Source: Podarcis muralis (taxonomy: Eukaryota). Taken from it: 64,000 bases of DNA. Location: contig NC_135664.1 in assembly GCF_964188315.1 (NCBI RefSeq), positions 7,502,001 to 7,566,000 of the forward strand, given 5' to 3'. A program made the translations under genes and the position numbers. Below the pieces are notes generated by a model. It was not told the DNA's origin. It searched no databases and saw only the letters and a list, made by a program, of their open reading frames with translations. Position 1 is the first letter of the stretch. Each line of letters begins with the position of its first letter. Shown here in pieces: positions 38,410 through 51,220 of this stretch.

Positions 38410-38800
38410 GGGGAGTGAGGCGACGCCATTTTCCCAGAGAGAGAGAGAGGCAGTGACATAGGAGGGAGCGTAGGCGGCTGCGAGGAGGGAGACGGGAGCA
38501 GGAGCAGCAGCGGCGGCCGCGGCAGCAGCAGTGGCAGTTAGGGGGTTTGTGCAGAGGTCCTGAGGCGAAGGCGCTTCTCCCTCGGCCGCCGCGGGACTCC
38601 GGTGCAGCCCAGCCGCCTTCCTCGGGGGTTCCCTGCTGCCAGTCAGCCTCTCCCCACCGCCAGCTCCCCACAGGCGGCTGAGGGGCTCCGTCCTGCCCAG
38701 GCGAGGGACATCCGCAGTGGGACTGTTGCATTGTTTTGGTTGGGGTAAGAGAGGGGCTCGGTGAAGGGGGTGCTGCTTGCCTGGCCTGTGACCATTACAG
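38410..38800 (+). other. KMT2E: Probable KMT2E non-coding exon 1 (start approximate)
   Basis: ATG-free GC-rich stretch in the CpG island ending at CAG|GTGAGT (38800/38801). An alternative strong donor GG|GTAAGA lies at 38744/38745. The TSS cannot be fixed from sequence alone. Confidence 0.6.
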
Positions 38801-39117
38801 GTGAGTCTGCCATGATTATCCTTATTTATGGTGGTTGTCATGCCCCGTGATGGGAGCCTGAGGGGGAAAGGCGGCGGCGGGGGGGGGGGGGGGGAACCTT
38901 TCAAAAAGGCTAAAAAGTGGCGGCGCATCTCGTTTCCTCTGGGGGGGTGTGTGTATATATCTATATATATACGCGTGTATTATATTCATTCTGGATTGTG
39001 GCTGTTCTTTTTACTCCGTATGCTCGCTCCGGTGGGGGTGGACTGGCTTAGAAGGGAGAGGGAGTCGCTCTATCTTGCGAATATGGCGCGTTATTGTAAC
39101 TGGCGGAGCTGATGGGT

Positions 39118-39118
<1 letters not shown>

Positions 39119-39156
<38 letters not shown>
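39119..39156. repeat. (GT)19 microsatellite
   Basis: Direct reading. Lies about 320 bp into intron 1. Confidence 0.95.
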
Positions 39157-39159
<3 letters not shown>

Positions 39160-42100
39160 GGGGGTGGGGGCCCCCACTATGCCAGCCTCCTGCTAGAAAT
39201 AAATCGCTTAATGCGATGAAAGCGTGCTTTTTTTTTGCTTGTGTTGTCTCTCGCTTTAAAGAACAGGCGCGGGGTTTTTTGGGGGGGCAAATATTTATGT
39301 TATTGGGAGCCGAGGTTCCCGTAAGACGGATTCGGGCGCTATGTCCTTGTTCAACCCACCCGCCCCCCACCGCCCACTGTTATTTGTTGTGTTTTGTGGT
39401 ACTAATAGGGCTCATTACGGGCCTAATCTTCCTTTCCACACAGACACACACACACACACATATATATACACCTCTCTCATTTTATCTTCCATCTTCTCGC
39501 TTCCCCGATCCGTGTGGTGTATATAGTAGCAGGCGAACGGCGAACAGTTCCGAAGACTTTGAGGAGCGATTGAAAAGGGGGTGGGGTGGGGGTGGCAGGT
39601 GGGGATTTACCCCGGGGTCCCCCCCTTTTCAAAAACTGGTTGCATAAGGTTATACTTGCCCTCATCTTTGTGTTTCCCTCCGTGCCTCCTGGCCAGGGCT
39701 GGCGTACCGGGAACGACACATATAGGGAACCTCTTTCTTGAAAGGAGTTGGTGGCATAGACCTTGCTGCTGCAGACATGGGGGAGGAGAAAACAAACGGT
39801 CCACTGTGTAGTACTAAATAGGGTAGAAGAAACATAATATAGTCCAATTAGAAAGGTCCCGTCCTTCTCAGCACTCAATCATCGAGGAATGCGCGGTGAT
39901 TAAAAGCCTAGTTAGTGGTTTTCAGATGATGTAGACAACTCTCTGAAATGCTACTCTTACAGTAAACCATATGAATTTAGGGCTGTTTTCCTCCTCCGTA
40001 TATTTAGATTACCTTTAAAGAGATTAATAGTGGAAGACTTTCCCCCCCGGTTAAAAGCATATCTAAAAGAAATCAAAGCAACGCCGGGAAACCTAGGTGA
40101 CCTACAGAGGAGGTTTGATGACACACGCTATACTTTTAAAGTTACTTTCCATAAAAGTGGAGTAAAAACTGTAATTTCCCTCTTTTGTCCTTTAGAGATT
40201 CTAAAAATGGCGGCCTCAGGCTGATGTTGTGGTAATCTAATCAGCTCGGGTCCTCCACACCCCATGCAGTGCATTTGTCTGCAGCACATTTATAGGCTTA
40301 ATATGCTTAAATGAAAAAAAGACTGCCGTCTTTAAGTCATGAACGAAACGTATCTCGTCTTTGCTACGATTAAAATGCTGGGTTCCAGCTGATTAATTTT
40401 ATTGGTTATTTGTGTGAAAGGCACAAATCAACGAGACCAGTCTTCCTAGGGGAGGGGATTGATGACGGACTGGTGTAGCTGCTGTGGTCTGTGTGTGTAT
40501 GTTTGAAGTGAGTTCATATGCATGCCATATTAATCTTTTTACTTTTGTTTTTAAAATGGTGGACAAGTTCCTCTTGGCCTCTTAATCTAGATTTGTGCTG
40601 TAATGTCTAATGCTGGCATGCAACCAGCATTACAATGAGAACATGAAAATAATTTTTGTCGTGGCACTTCATTTGAGATTGTGATAGCACTATCAAGCCA
40701 AATAATTTCTAATCTATTAATAATCTGTTGCTGTTGGACAGATTTTTCCTGTGTTTCTCCCTCCCCCAAGGAATTATACAGACAGATTTAAAACTTCCCC
40801 TTCTTTGAGAGGTGGGTGTGTTAAAGGTTACATGTCTTAAATGTGACTTTTCTACATGATTTTTTTTTGTTATACATTACATGTGAAATGCATATTTCAC
40901 TGTGAAAAGGGATTGTTTGTAAGGTGCTAATTGCCACTGACAAATGAATAGTGATGATGCATTTAAAATACAGTAACTATTGTGCTGTTAAGCCTTCTCC
41001 TTTATCTTCCCTCCTCCCCTACCCCCCTTCCGGGTCTGTTGAATACAGTTGAGAGCAACATGCTTATCTAAAAGTATATGAAAGTTTCACTTAATTATAT
41101 TTTTAATATTTTTGCAGTTAGAATGACTTGAGGGTCAAGTTGCAACCTTAATGTGTTTGTGTAACCTTCTGCAAAATATTATTTAGCAGTGGATTTTCCC
41201 TTCAACCCTGGCAACATTAATTTACATATATTAACTTGACTGTCTTGCATAGTTAATAACCTGCTTCTTAGACGTGTAAATGGGGACAAGGTATGCATTA
41301 CAGGGCTATTCATGTATGCCTTCTGTATGTTGTGAGGCCAAGAACATGTTGGTTTACACATGGTTTAATGTATGAGACTACAATCCTTTATCCATTTAGC
41401 AGGGAGTAAGCACCATTGAACTTAATGGGACTTGCAGCTGAGTAAATGTGCATAGGCATATCTAGTCAAAACGATTGTCACTTTAATGATTTTAATATTT
41501 TTCATACTGTATATACAGTCTTGTGAACCTGGAAAAAGTTGATCCTTGATTATAAACAATTTTGCTTAGGTGTTCATCTTCTCATTTGAATTATAAATTG
41601 AATTTTGTGTGCTGAAAAATCAAGGGTGGCATCTAACTAAGTTAGAGTAGAACTTAAATCCATTGATTTAAATGGGTATACTCTGACTATAGAATAGTTA
41701 GTTGGATGCCATCCAGATGGTTTGGTTTTATTTACTACTTATGATGACAATATTTGGTTTCTCCAAAATGGGATTCCAAGAAAACAGAATATTATGTTAA
41801 TTCAAAACCCACCATTAAAAGAGAATTGAAGCCATTTTAAGGCCTTTGTTCTATGTTGTCTGTAATGTGGAACTGCTAGTAATGTTGCATTCCACTAGTG
41901 GGTTCTGAACTGTACGTATCCTTGTTATAAGTTTTATTTTGTTCATTGAGATTTTTAAACAGAAGGCTCACCTGGTTTAGTGGAGCCACAGTTCTAGCTT
42001 CCTGGCTGTCACTCACTGGGGAGGGGCAAGGCAGTGAGCAGATTGCCATGGTGCACTGGCAGAGCCAACTCTGTGCTTCCACTAGAGTTTGATGCAGGAT

Positions 42101-44194
42101 CTCTTTGCCCCTCTCCCTCCCTGCAAGCAGCAGTGACATATCTCTTGGGAAGCAGCATTGCAGCTCTACCTCATCAAGAAAGGCAGTTCTGCACCCAGCA
42201 GAATTTAGGATTGTAGCCTAAATGATTTCGTACTGCAGATTCATTTGTTAGAATCAAAAAGTGAGCTTCAATGGGTCACAAATCTGGAACACAACTCGTA
42301 TATTTCATCCAGCGAACCATAGTGTACCTTTTGGTACGCTGAGAGTCACAGTAATAGGACTTAATAAAGTGTTACATGGCTTAAATTATTTTTTCCATAT
42401 GTGGAAATCTTATGCATGTTTATTCAGATATAAGTCCAATGGTAGACAGCATAGTGTTGTGGCAGTGCTCACTTGACCTCCTGGCAGCAGAGTCACTTCT
42501 GATTACCAGGAGGAAGAGTGGGAGGGATAATGTGGCTGGGAGGTCAGCGCTGTGCAGATGCACAGGTAGCAGCACCATGTTGGCTCCCCTGCTGTGTTTG
42601 CACCTGCTGACTTCCCCACAACCTCACCTCTCCCACTCTTGCTTTTGGTAAGTAGCAAATCAGTGATCCAGAGGTCTGGTTATTACATTTTTCAGGAATT
42701 ACATTCTTCTTTTAAAAGTGCAGCAAGGTCTTTGATTTGAGCTTCTGTTAAATAAACTTTGGTACCATAAGTGAGATGAGCCTTGGTTGAATTCTGAAAC
42801 TTCTTTTCAGAAAACTTCTTTTTGTAAATTGCTGAGTTATGGAGCACTATAAAATAGAATAAATAGAGCTAACCTAAAATTTGTTGGCATATTTTCTCTA
42901 CAAGGAGGACAAATTCTTGTACAGCAGCTAAGTAAACATATGGGGCTCCATTCTTCTCATAGAAGGAGCTTCTAGTTTACAGAAGAAATCTTCTGTATGA
43001 GCATATCAGAAGCACTGAATCCAACATATGACTATAAGAAGTCCACTGCGTGCTGTTCGTCTCAAGCCTTTGACCAAGACAATGTCTCAAATAAAAATTC
43101 AATGTAATCTGTAGTACAGTTGATCCAAAATAAGTTGGTTTATTATTACTGTTAAGAATTAAAATATTCTCTGAACTACACTGAGTGACATCCATTTGTG
43201 TCAGCCTGCTTGTGCCAACAGGGCTCCCCCTATCTGTCTCCATTGCCGCTTCCTGAGAGCCCCCCAAATCTGCTCTAGGGGATTGGAGGATTCTCTGAAA
43301 CAAACTGGGGTGTGGTTGGGTTGCAGGGGTGAGGAGAGGAAGGGGAAGTTCTGTTGCTTTTGCTGGCACAGCTGGACATCGTCTCCTGAGTCTGTAGCTC
43401 AAATTTTCATTAGTCTGTGATGTAATGGAAGCCTTTCCACACCCCGTGCTTTGTAACCTGTAAAAAATACAATTGTATTTTATCTCTTTAAAATGGTGAA
43501 TATTCAGATGTTTGTTTCACTTAATTTTAAAAATGCCTGGCACCATCTTTATCTGTTTTTAGATGGCAGACAAATCCCCTCCCGTGAGCTTTTGGACCTT
43601 AAGTTGAAGAGTTTCAAGTGCTTCTCATCTCTTAGTGGGGCTGGTTCTGTGAAGCCATTGTATTGTAGGTTTTTACTGGTTTGTCGTCACTCTTTTTAGT
43701 ATTTATACTTTATTGTAAGTCACTTTGGGTCTCTTTTGTGAGTAAAGCAACTAAGTAATATAAAAAATAATAGAATTAATCTTGTGTACATGTTTTGTAT
43801 CAGGGCTTAACATCTAATAAGGTTCAAAGCTTGTGGCTAAAATTTTTTTTGTGAAGTTTCCAAATCATATCCTGAAACATTATCTTAAAAGGAGCAGCAC
43901 CCTCTGCATCTTGGACTGAAGGTGGGGGAAGTAGTGGTGCTTTCTTGTCACTTACTTAAATGGTGCAGTGCATTTCCTTTTCATTTGAATTGCAATGTAA
44001 TAATGGAAAGCTTTAGCAGGAATGCAGTGAACATGACACTAAGCCAAAGATTAGCCTCAAATGCACATTTGGAACTCCAATTTAATTTAGACCGTGATAT
44101 ACAAAAGAGTATATTTTGATTCACCAGTTACAATTCCAACATTTTCAGATTTCTTTGTTGTTGTTTTTTTCTTATTTATTAAATTTACAGTATA

Positions 44195-44335
44195 TACCAC
44201 CTTTCCCTCCAAGAAACTCAAGGTGGCAGACGTGGTTCTTCCCTCCTCATTTTATCCTAACAACCCCATGAGGTAGGTTAGACTGAGAGGCAGTGAGTGG
44301 CCTAAATGGTCCAGTAAGCTTCATGGCTGAGTGAA
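44195..44335 (-). mobile_element. CORE/MIR-like squamate SINE fragment
   Basis: CATTTTATCCT.ACAACCCCATGAGGTAGGTTAG.CTGAGAG..AGTAAGCTTCATGGC is the reverse complement of the family at 45140 and 62440. Confidence 0.65.
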
Positions 44336-45139
44336 ACCAGACATTCTATAATCTTTGAAATATGGCTTATTTGACACTGAAAAGAAACCACCTATTCTTC
44401 TACTGTTTATTGAATTTAAATATAAGGAGAAGTTGGTTATTGGGGGGGCGTGTTGCATGCATGCTTTATAGTTGAAAGTAATAAACTGCATTATATTTGT
44501 GGGATGATTTCAGCTTTCTCATGAGTAGAATTCTATTATTGGAATACTCGCACTGGAGGAAGAGAGGCAATATTTACTAATTCCTCCTTCCTGCAGTTCT
44601 CCTTGACCCCTGAAAAGCTGCTCTAAAAGTTTGATGATTCTCCCCCTTCCCTCTTTCCAGCAGGAAATCCCTTTGATTTCAGTCCTGTCTGTGAATGGAA
44701 GGAACACTGAATCCAATCTGATGTCTTTTAAATGTTTTAAACTACAATAATAAAATACCATTTTTCAGCATCACCTCCTTCGCAATGCATTGATGCAAGA
44801 CTATAGGAGTGCAGCCTTCTGGGCAGTGTTAGAAACTCAGATATATAAGCTAATCGCTAAATGGCACCTTAAACCCAGGTTATGATCACCACAATGGAAT
44901 GTCTAGGCACCCCCCGGAGGGAGATTTAGTATTATTATTATTGATTTCATTTCTATACCACTTTATATTTTAAATTAAAAAATCCCAAAGTGGTTTACAG
45001 CACATTAAAACATCAAATCAAACAATCCAGAATACAAATTCAAGCTTCAGGGGAAATATTTCAGATCCTTCTCCAAGTGACATTTTGTTTTCCACATATT
45101 TATTTACAGACTTAATGTGTATAGCTGCCCCATAGTACT

Positions 45140-45345
45140 GTAGGAAGCCAGTGTGGTTAGAGTGTCAGACTTGGACCTGGGAGATCAGGGTTCAAATCCC
45201 CACTCTGTCATGAAGCTTACTGGGTGACCTTGGGCATGTCCCAGCCATGTAGCCTACCTCATAGGGTCATTGTAGGGATTAACTGGGGGGGGGGGGGGAT
45301 GAACCATGTACTCATTGGAGAAAAATGTGGGATATAAATGTGATA
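45140..45345 (+). mobile_element. tRNA-derived CORE/MIR-like squamate SINE
   Basis: GTGTGGTTAGAGTG (A box) and GGGTTCAAATCCC (B box), followed by the core. Confidence 0.7.
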
Positions 45346-46366
45346 AATAAGTTCTTCTGCTTACCAGTTTAAGAAAGCTGGAGAGCCAGATGGAGATGTC
45401 AGTCACCAACCTGCCATCCAGAGATCTCCAAGTGGTCGCAATTGGACCTGCGCCAGTAGCAAAATGCGCCTGGCTAATTTCCAACACTGCTTCTGGAGTA
45501 GTGCATATTTTTTAAATAAAGAGAAAAATATCTTCTCATCATGTTATTTCCAATGAAATAACCATTAGTAGCCACCACCACAGTCAAGTTGCAGCACATA
45601 TATTCCTTTCAATGTAGCATTCTGTTTCAGTGGTTAAAGAAAAGAGAGCAACCTTCCTTAGAGACCACAGACTAGAAAGCTTATGGCAACTGATCATAGA
45701 ACCATTTTCTCGTATGTTTTGGGAGAAGGTTTAATTATTGTTTATTATTCTACCCAGTTCAGGAGTAAAAACTAGGAAAATATCTAAGACTGCAATCTTA
45801 ACTACCCTTACTAGGGAGTAAGCTCAATTGAACACAGTGGAGCTTACTTCTGGATAAACACAGATAGGCTTGTGCTATAGTTTCTGCTGTCTTTTGAGAA
45901 GGTACTAATTTTGTCAGGGCCTGCACAAAACATTTTGCTGCTTGAGGCAGAGCAGCAACCCCTCCCCTCAAAAAAATAAATTATGGTGCATAATATCCAA
46001 GGTCAAACAAGTTATTCTGGCAGTAAAAATGCAGCAATAATAAAATAATTTTTAAAATTGCTGCCCTTTCAAAACAGCCCAGATCAGCAGCCTAAGCATT
46101 GCTAACTCTTAGAAACATTAAGTTCATTTCATTGTTATCCCATCCTTCCATGGGGCAAAGTGTGGCATTAACTTCCCCCATTATCCTCCTTCATAATAAC
46201 CGTAGGAGGTAGGTTAGAGAGAATGAACAGAGATCCCAGATGTCCCTGATTTAGTCCACCAATCTGACCACTACACCACACTGCCTTTTTAATATCAGGA
46301 CTTTATAACACAAAATTATTTCACTTGATATGAAATGACACAAGCTAATCCACATATAAAAAGTAC

Positions 46367-46578
46367 AGTAGTACCTCCGGTTACATAACCCTCTGGTTAC
46401 GTAAACTCCAGGATGCAAAAGCGGCAAACCCAGAAGTATTTGACTGGGTTTCGCCATGCATGCACAGAAGCGGTCTACTGCCACGTGTGCATGCACAGAA
46501 GCGGCCCTCAGGTTGCAGAAACCTCGGGATCTGACGGGACCTCTGGAATGGATCCTGTCCGCAACCGGAGGTACCACT
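46367..46578. mobile_element. Tigger-like MITE (related family)
   Basis: TA|CAGTAGTACCTCCGGTT ... AACCGGAGGTACCACTG terminal inverted repeats. Confidence 0.75.
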
Positions 46579-46827
46579 GAATTGGCTTTATTATTTTCCA
46601 ATTAATCTGTTCCACTACCACCACACACCCTATCCTACATTTTCCTTACCTAATCACCACTTGATTCATGTTTGTCTTCCCTACCATAGCTAGAGAAGGG
46701 GGGGAATCCAGGACCACATTATTATATACTAGATTTACAGTATATCCCACCCTTCTTCCAGTGAACTAAAGTTGATGTATATTATTTTCCTTCACCGATA
46801 TATCTCCACAGCAACCCTCTAAAGTAG

Positions 46828-46959
46828 TTCTAGTTACACGTAGGTAGCTGTGTTGGTCTGCCGTAGTCGAAACAAAAAATTCCTTCCAGTAGCACCTTAG
46901 AGACCAACTAAGTTTGTTATTGGTATGAGCTTTCGTGTGCATGCACACTTCTTCAGATA
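46828..46959 (-). mobile_element. Short Penelope-like element (PLE) terminal-repeat fragment inserted into an older SINE
   Basis: 12-bp TSD CCTCTAAAGTAG at 46816-46827 and 46960-46971 splits the host SINE. The sequence GTAGCTGTGTTGGTC...GTAGCACCTTAGAGACCAAC...GCTTTCG...CTTCAGATA is the reptile PLE terminal-repeat pattern as I recall it, and it carries a hammerhead core. Confidence 0.8.
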
Positions 46960-46961
46960 CC
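46922..46961 (-). ncRNA. Minimal type I hammerhead ribozyme
   Basis: Minus strand GGUAU-CUGAAGA-A-GUGUG(CAUG)CACAC-GAAA-GC-UC^AUACC: conserved CUGANGA and GAAA boxes, 5-bp stem I, 5-bp stem II, 1-bp stem III within palindromic AGCU, and a CUC cleavage triplet. Confidence 0.88.
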
Positions 46962-49900
46962 TCTAAAGTAGGTTAGGCTGAGTGATAACTTAAAAAAGAA
47001 GTAAGTGTCAAGTTCCAGACTGTATGGGAGGGACCCACAACTTAAAACGGGGACTTCAGTCTCACCTTCTCATGCCCAGCAATGCACATGGTGCTAGTGA
47101 GAGCAGAGGTACTTCTGCTTCCTTGTGATGTGTTGTTTTCTTCTTCCTCCTCCTGCTGTTCCCTCTCTTCTACAAAACTGGCAGGAGGAGGGAAAGCAGC
47201 GCACAGGAAAGTGATGATGATGGCAGAGTTCACGGGATCCCAACCAGTCTGCCACTTGTAAAGCTGCCCGCTATTGTGCCACCTGAGTGGCTTGCTTCAA
47301 TGTGCCTCATTATAGAGTTGGCTCTAATTTTTGTACCATCACAGTACATGGGATGCTAACAGAGTAAGAAACAAAAAGTTACGTCTCTGTACTGAGGAAC
47401 TTACAATTTGAAATTTTAGATTTGGGCTGCCAGGGGATGAAGATTGGAAAAGAGATTAATCAAAAGAATATGTGTCTAGTTAAGTTAGACTTCACTTTAG
47501 TGAGGAGTATACCCAGCAATAATTTCATGGAAAAATTGGTTTTCCCAATTAAAACAGCTCCATACATTGATTAGTTCAGAATTTTAAAAGGCGGCATTAT
47601 GAATGTATTTGTATCAGTACTTTCCATTGTGCAAGCAATACTTGGAAGTTGTAGATTTCCTGGCCTGGGCCTTGGTCCCCTTAAATGCGGAGAGATTGAC
47701 TATTACAGTTCTTAGGAGTTTGTTTGCTTCCAAATCTCAAACTAGATTAGTCTTTTGTTCCTGGATCTGAATTTCCAGGGCACAGGGGAGGCTTTAAAGA
47801 GGGTTTAAACTTCATTTTAAAAAATGGAAGCAGAATGATGCAGATTAAATTTATTTTGCGTTGCTCCTCCCCCCCTTAAGAATTGCTGTTTCCAAAAAAA
47901 GGAACCTAAAAAAAGAAAAATTAGCAGGACTGGAATGGAGACTGCTACAAAGAATGGACTGGGAGGAGGGGAAAGCCATAGATAAGTGAGTTAGGTAAAA
48001 GGGACAGGGAAGCCTTTCCCACTGGCCTCCAGTAGTTCTACATAGCTTGATATTCAAACTTAAAGATACAAACATGCATTCAGTGCATCTAATACCTACT
48101 AATCATCTTCATCATCTTCTTCTTCTTTTACTTCCAAATGAAAGTTAGAATTCTAAGGATGTCAAATTCTACCTTGCAAGGTAAGCAGATATGAAGTAGG
48201 CTATATACACCCTAAACTGGACTGCTCTGGCAGGTCCTCCGCCTTTCTGCTTTGAAAACAAATGCTTGTTATTTCTAAACTTAGACAGCTGTTACTGCTT
48301 TAAATACCCTGTGTTCTAGAAGTAGAATAGAGCTTAATTGTAGGGAGGTACTGTAGGTGCTTTTACTATTTGGAAAAAGTGATTTTTCTTTGTACTTTGA
48401 TTGCTCCGTGGAACACACAGACTTGTGAAGGCCAGATAGAACTACATTTTTCAGAATGTCAGCAGACATATTCTAACTCTTCTTGCAGTAACAATTACAA
48501 CATGCTAACAATTACAATATGCTTTTTTTAAAAATAAATAAATAAAAGAATATGCCTGTTTCTTCTCCATCTCTCCACTTCCCTTCCTTGTTTCCTTTAT
48601 TCTGTTCTAGAAAGGGGCTAGAGACTATGTAGGAGCCAACATTTTCTTTAGATAGAATTGTTGGCAAAGCACAATTCTATTCAGGTGCAGGAGGGCATGC
48701 TGAGCATTGTCTATTACAGTCACTTTGAGCTAAGTAAAGATAGATATGGATATAGGTGTGGGAAATCGACTGAAGGAGCCAACCATATGGCTTAAAATAC
48801 TGGTCCAGGCTCTTACTGTACACTACCATAACACCTTGCAACGTAAGATGGGAGTCTCCAGGTGTTGTTGAACTACGCTTCCCATTATTTCTGGTCAGTG
48901 GGTGGGCTGATGAGGGCTGATGGGAGATGGGAGACCAACAGCATCTGGAGTGCCATAGGTTCCTAACCCTTGACCTAAGGCAACTGCTGGCCTGAATTGC
49001 TGTACTAAAGCAACACTACTGCAGATTGCTAGATAACATTATTGCAGCTTCCAGCCCACCTGAGTCTTGCTGATATGAGGAGCCAGTAGATTCTTATCTG
49101 ACCTCATAAAGCTGCTGACCTTGGTCTGAGTCTTCAATTAGAGATTGTAGGCTGATTCTCTGCTGAAACACCTGCCTGCCTCTAGACTCCCAGCCCTAAC
49201 ATTTGGCTATAGTGTGAACTTGAGATTTTAGTATCTTATACCAAAACCACAACAGAAGTATCAAAAAAGCAAAGCAGAACAGAATTGTATAACTGTTACC
49301 CTGAAATGTCATCAAAGCAGCCTTAAGTCTGGCACTATATGAGGTAATAAAACAAATTTGCAAAATAAACAGGATTCCTGTTTAACAGATGTGAGAAATT
49401 GAGAATAAGACTATAAATAAATTACCCATGATCCTTCATTTTAATATTTTTGAATTAATATTTTGTGAAGGAAAAAGTTGAAAATAAAGTGTATACTTTT
49501 ATGCAAATATTTTTATTTCATCATTTGAAGTTCTCAAAGGAAGATCAAGAACATCCAGTGGATGGATCCAGATCAGGATAAACAGTGCAGGTTCTGTAAA
49601 TAAGTTGCACTCTGTTTCTAAAGCTTTTGTTCTTTACTGAGTGCAATCAAGTTCATTTATGTTGCGTAGGAGTCAATAGGTGAGATCCAACTAAACTACA
49701 CATGGAGTAGATCTGTTTAAATCAATGGATTTTACTCAAGTTCATTTGTTTCAATGAGTCTGCATTGAGAATGGTGTAGTTGGATACCACCCAACAAGGG
49801 TTTCAGATTCTCTCTTCATCAGCACAACTGTTCAATGAAGAGGATAAGATTGCATTTAAAGATAATATAATGGGATTTATACAGTTGCCCATAGTTCTCA

Positions 49901-51220
49901 TTTTTGAATTCAGGGATTTCAGAATAGTGTGTTTTGTTTTAGGAAACTGTGTTGCTTTGGAAATTTATCCCTGGGTTTAGCGATGGTGGACGAGCATCCC
50001 CAGATGAATGCTGCAGTTCATATTCACAGGGGAGTGCTCATGTGCCCTCTCCTGAAGCTTTCCTTGTTTGAAAACATGGTTTCACATGATATCCAAACTA
50101 GGAAGAGACTGTTGTTTTAAGTGCTACTGTCAACCAGGATATTCCTTTCTGAAGACTTCACAGCCTAAACAGACAATATACAAGGGGGTGGATTAGGTAG
50201 AATATAAGAATAGTGGTAATTAAGAGAAGGGGAATGGGCTAACCTGGAAGGTGAAAGCAGCTTGATAAAGAAGTCCTAATCTCTATCCTCCGTTTCCCTT
50301 TTCAAATTGCTGTGGAGATTCTATGCATTCAGACATATAATCTTGACCATGGTTTATGTTATCAGGAATGACCTGAGGCATTCCTCTGGCTCATGTTCCT
50401 TCTCCTCTCCACATAAGGAGAGTTAAAGCATCTACATCATGCAACTTGGGGAACTATGATTTAACCAAAGTTAGTTTAAACAAAATAAAGGGTAAAACTG
50501 GTTTCAGATTCTTTTTGTGTTAACCAATTTAGGTTAAATCAAACCACAGTTGTCAAGAGATTGTACTGTTTTGCATTCAAGGGAGGAAGTTGGGGCAAGG
50601 GAGTGTGCAAGTTAAGATTCCTGCAGTTCATTCCAAGTCACCTACACCAGGCCATTTCCATTCCTCCAAACCATAGAGTTTGTATTCTTGCTGCATCCCA
50701 CTTCACCAAATAATTTCAGTTTAGTTGATATTTTCCTTTATTCCAACAGCACTTTGCTGTTACATCTGAACCAGCAATCCTTTGAGCAAGCCTTCTAAAG
50801 CATGATTGCAAACCATAGTTTGATTACTTTGGTTCTGTTTTAGTTGAATAAGCATCCAGTTTGTTCATTCAACATATTGTAGCATTTTGCTGGGTAAAGC
50901 TTAATTCAGCAAAGGTCAAGCTGACTCACAACCAAGTATGTCCTTTTGGGTTGGGATCTAGTGCTAAAAGTGAGCTTTTATAAAATACTTTCTGAGTATT
51001 CAGAACAATTAACATACACTATCTTAATAATCACAAACATTCTATAATGTAGGCAGCCATCACAGTTGGGGACTTGGGAGATTATACTAGCTAGTTCATA
51101 TAGATGCTATTAATAGGTGCTATTAGTTCATATAGGTGCTATTAATGGAGTGGGCTCAATGTTAAACAGTTTTGGAAATACATTGAGGCTAGGTCAGAAT
51201 AGGCTTGCATACCTGTACAC

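Larger units (their letters stand above)
35380..39760. promoter_or_regulatory. KMT2E: CpG island / promoter region of KMT2E, probably bidirectional
   Basis: Sharp rise in GC and CpG density, GCC/GGC runs, CCAAT boxes (36650, 36689) and several YY1 consensus motifs, upstream of the KMT2E coding exons. Boundaries judged by eye. Confidence 0.85.

Noticed and set aside
35854-39647. Many long ORFs (up to 308 aa) on both strands in the CpG island
   Set aside because: GC-rich DNA lacks stop codons. The products are low-complexity Pro/Arg/Gly/Ala strings with no recognisable domain.
49531-49595. Alternative candidate for KMT2E non-coding exon 2
   Set aside because: The donor candidates are weak (CAG|GTTCTG, CT|GTAAAT). 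The 54005-54079 candidate fits better, but this one is not excluded.
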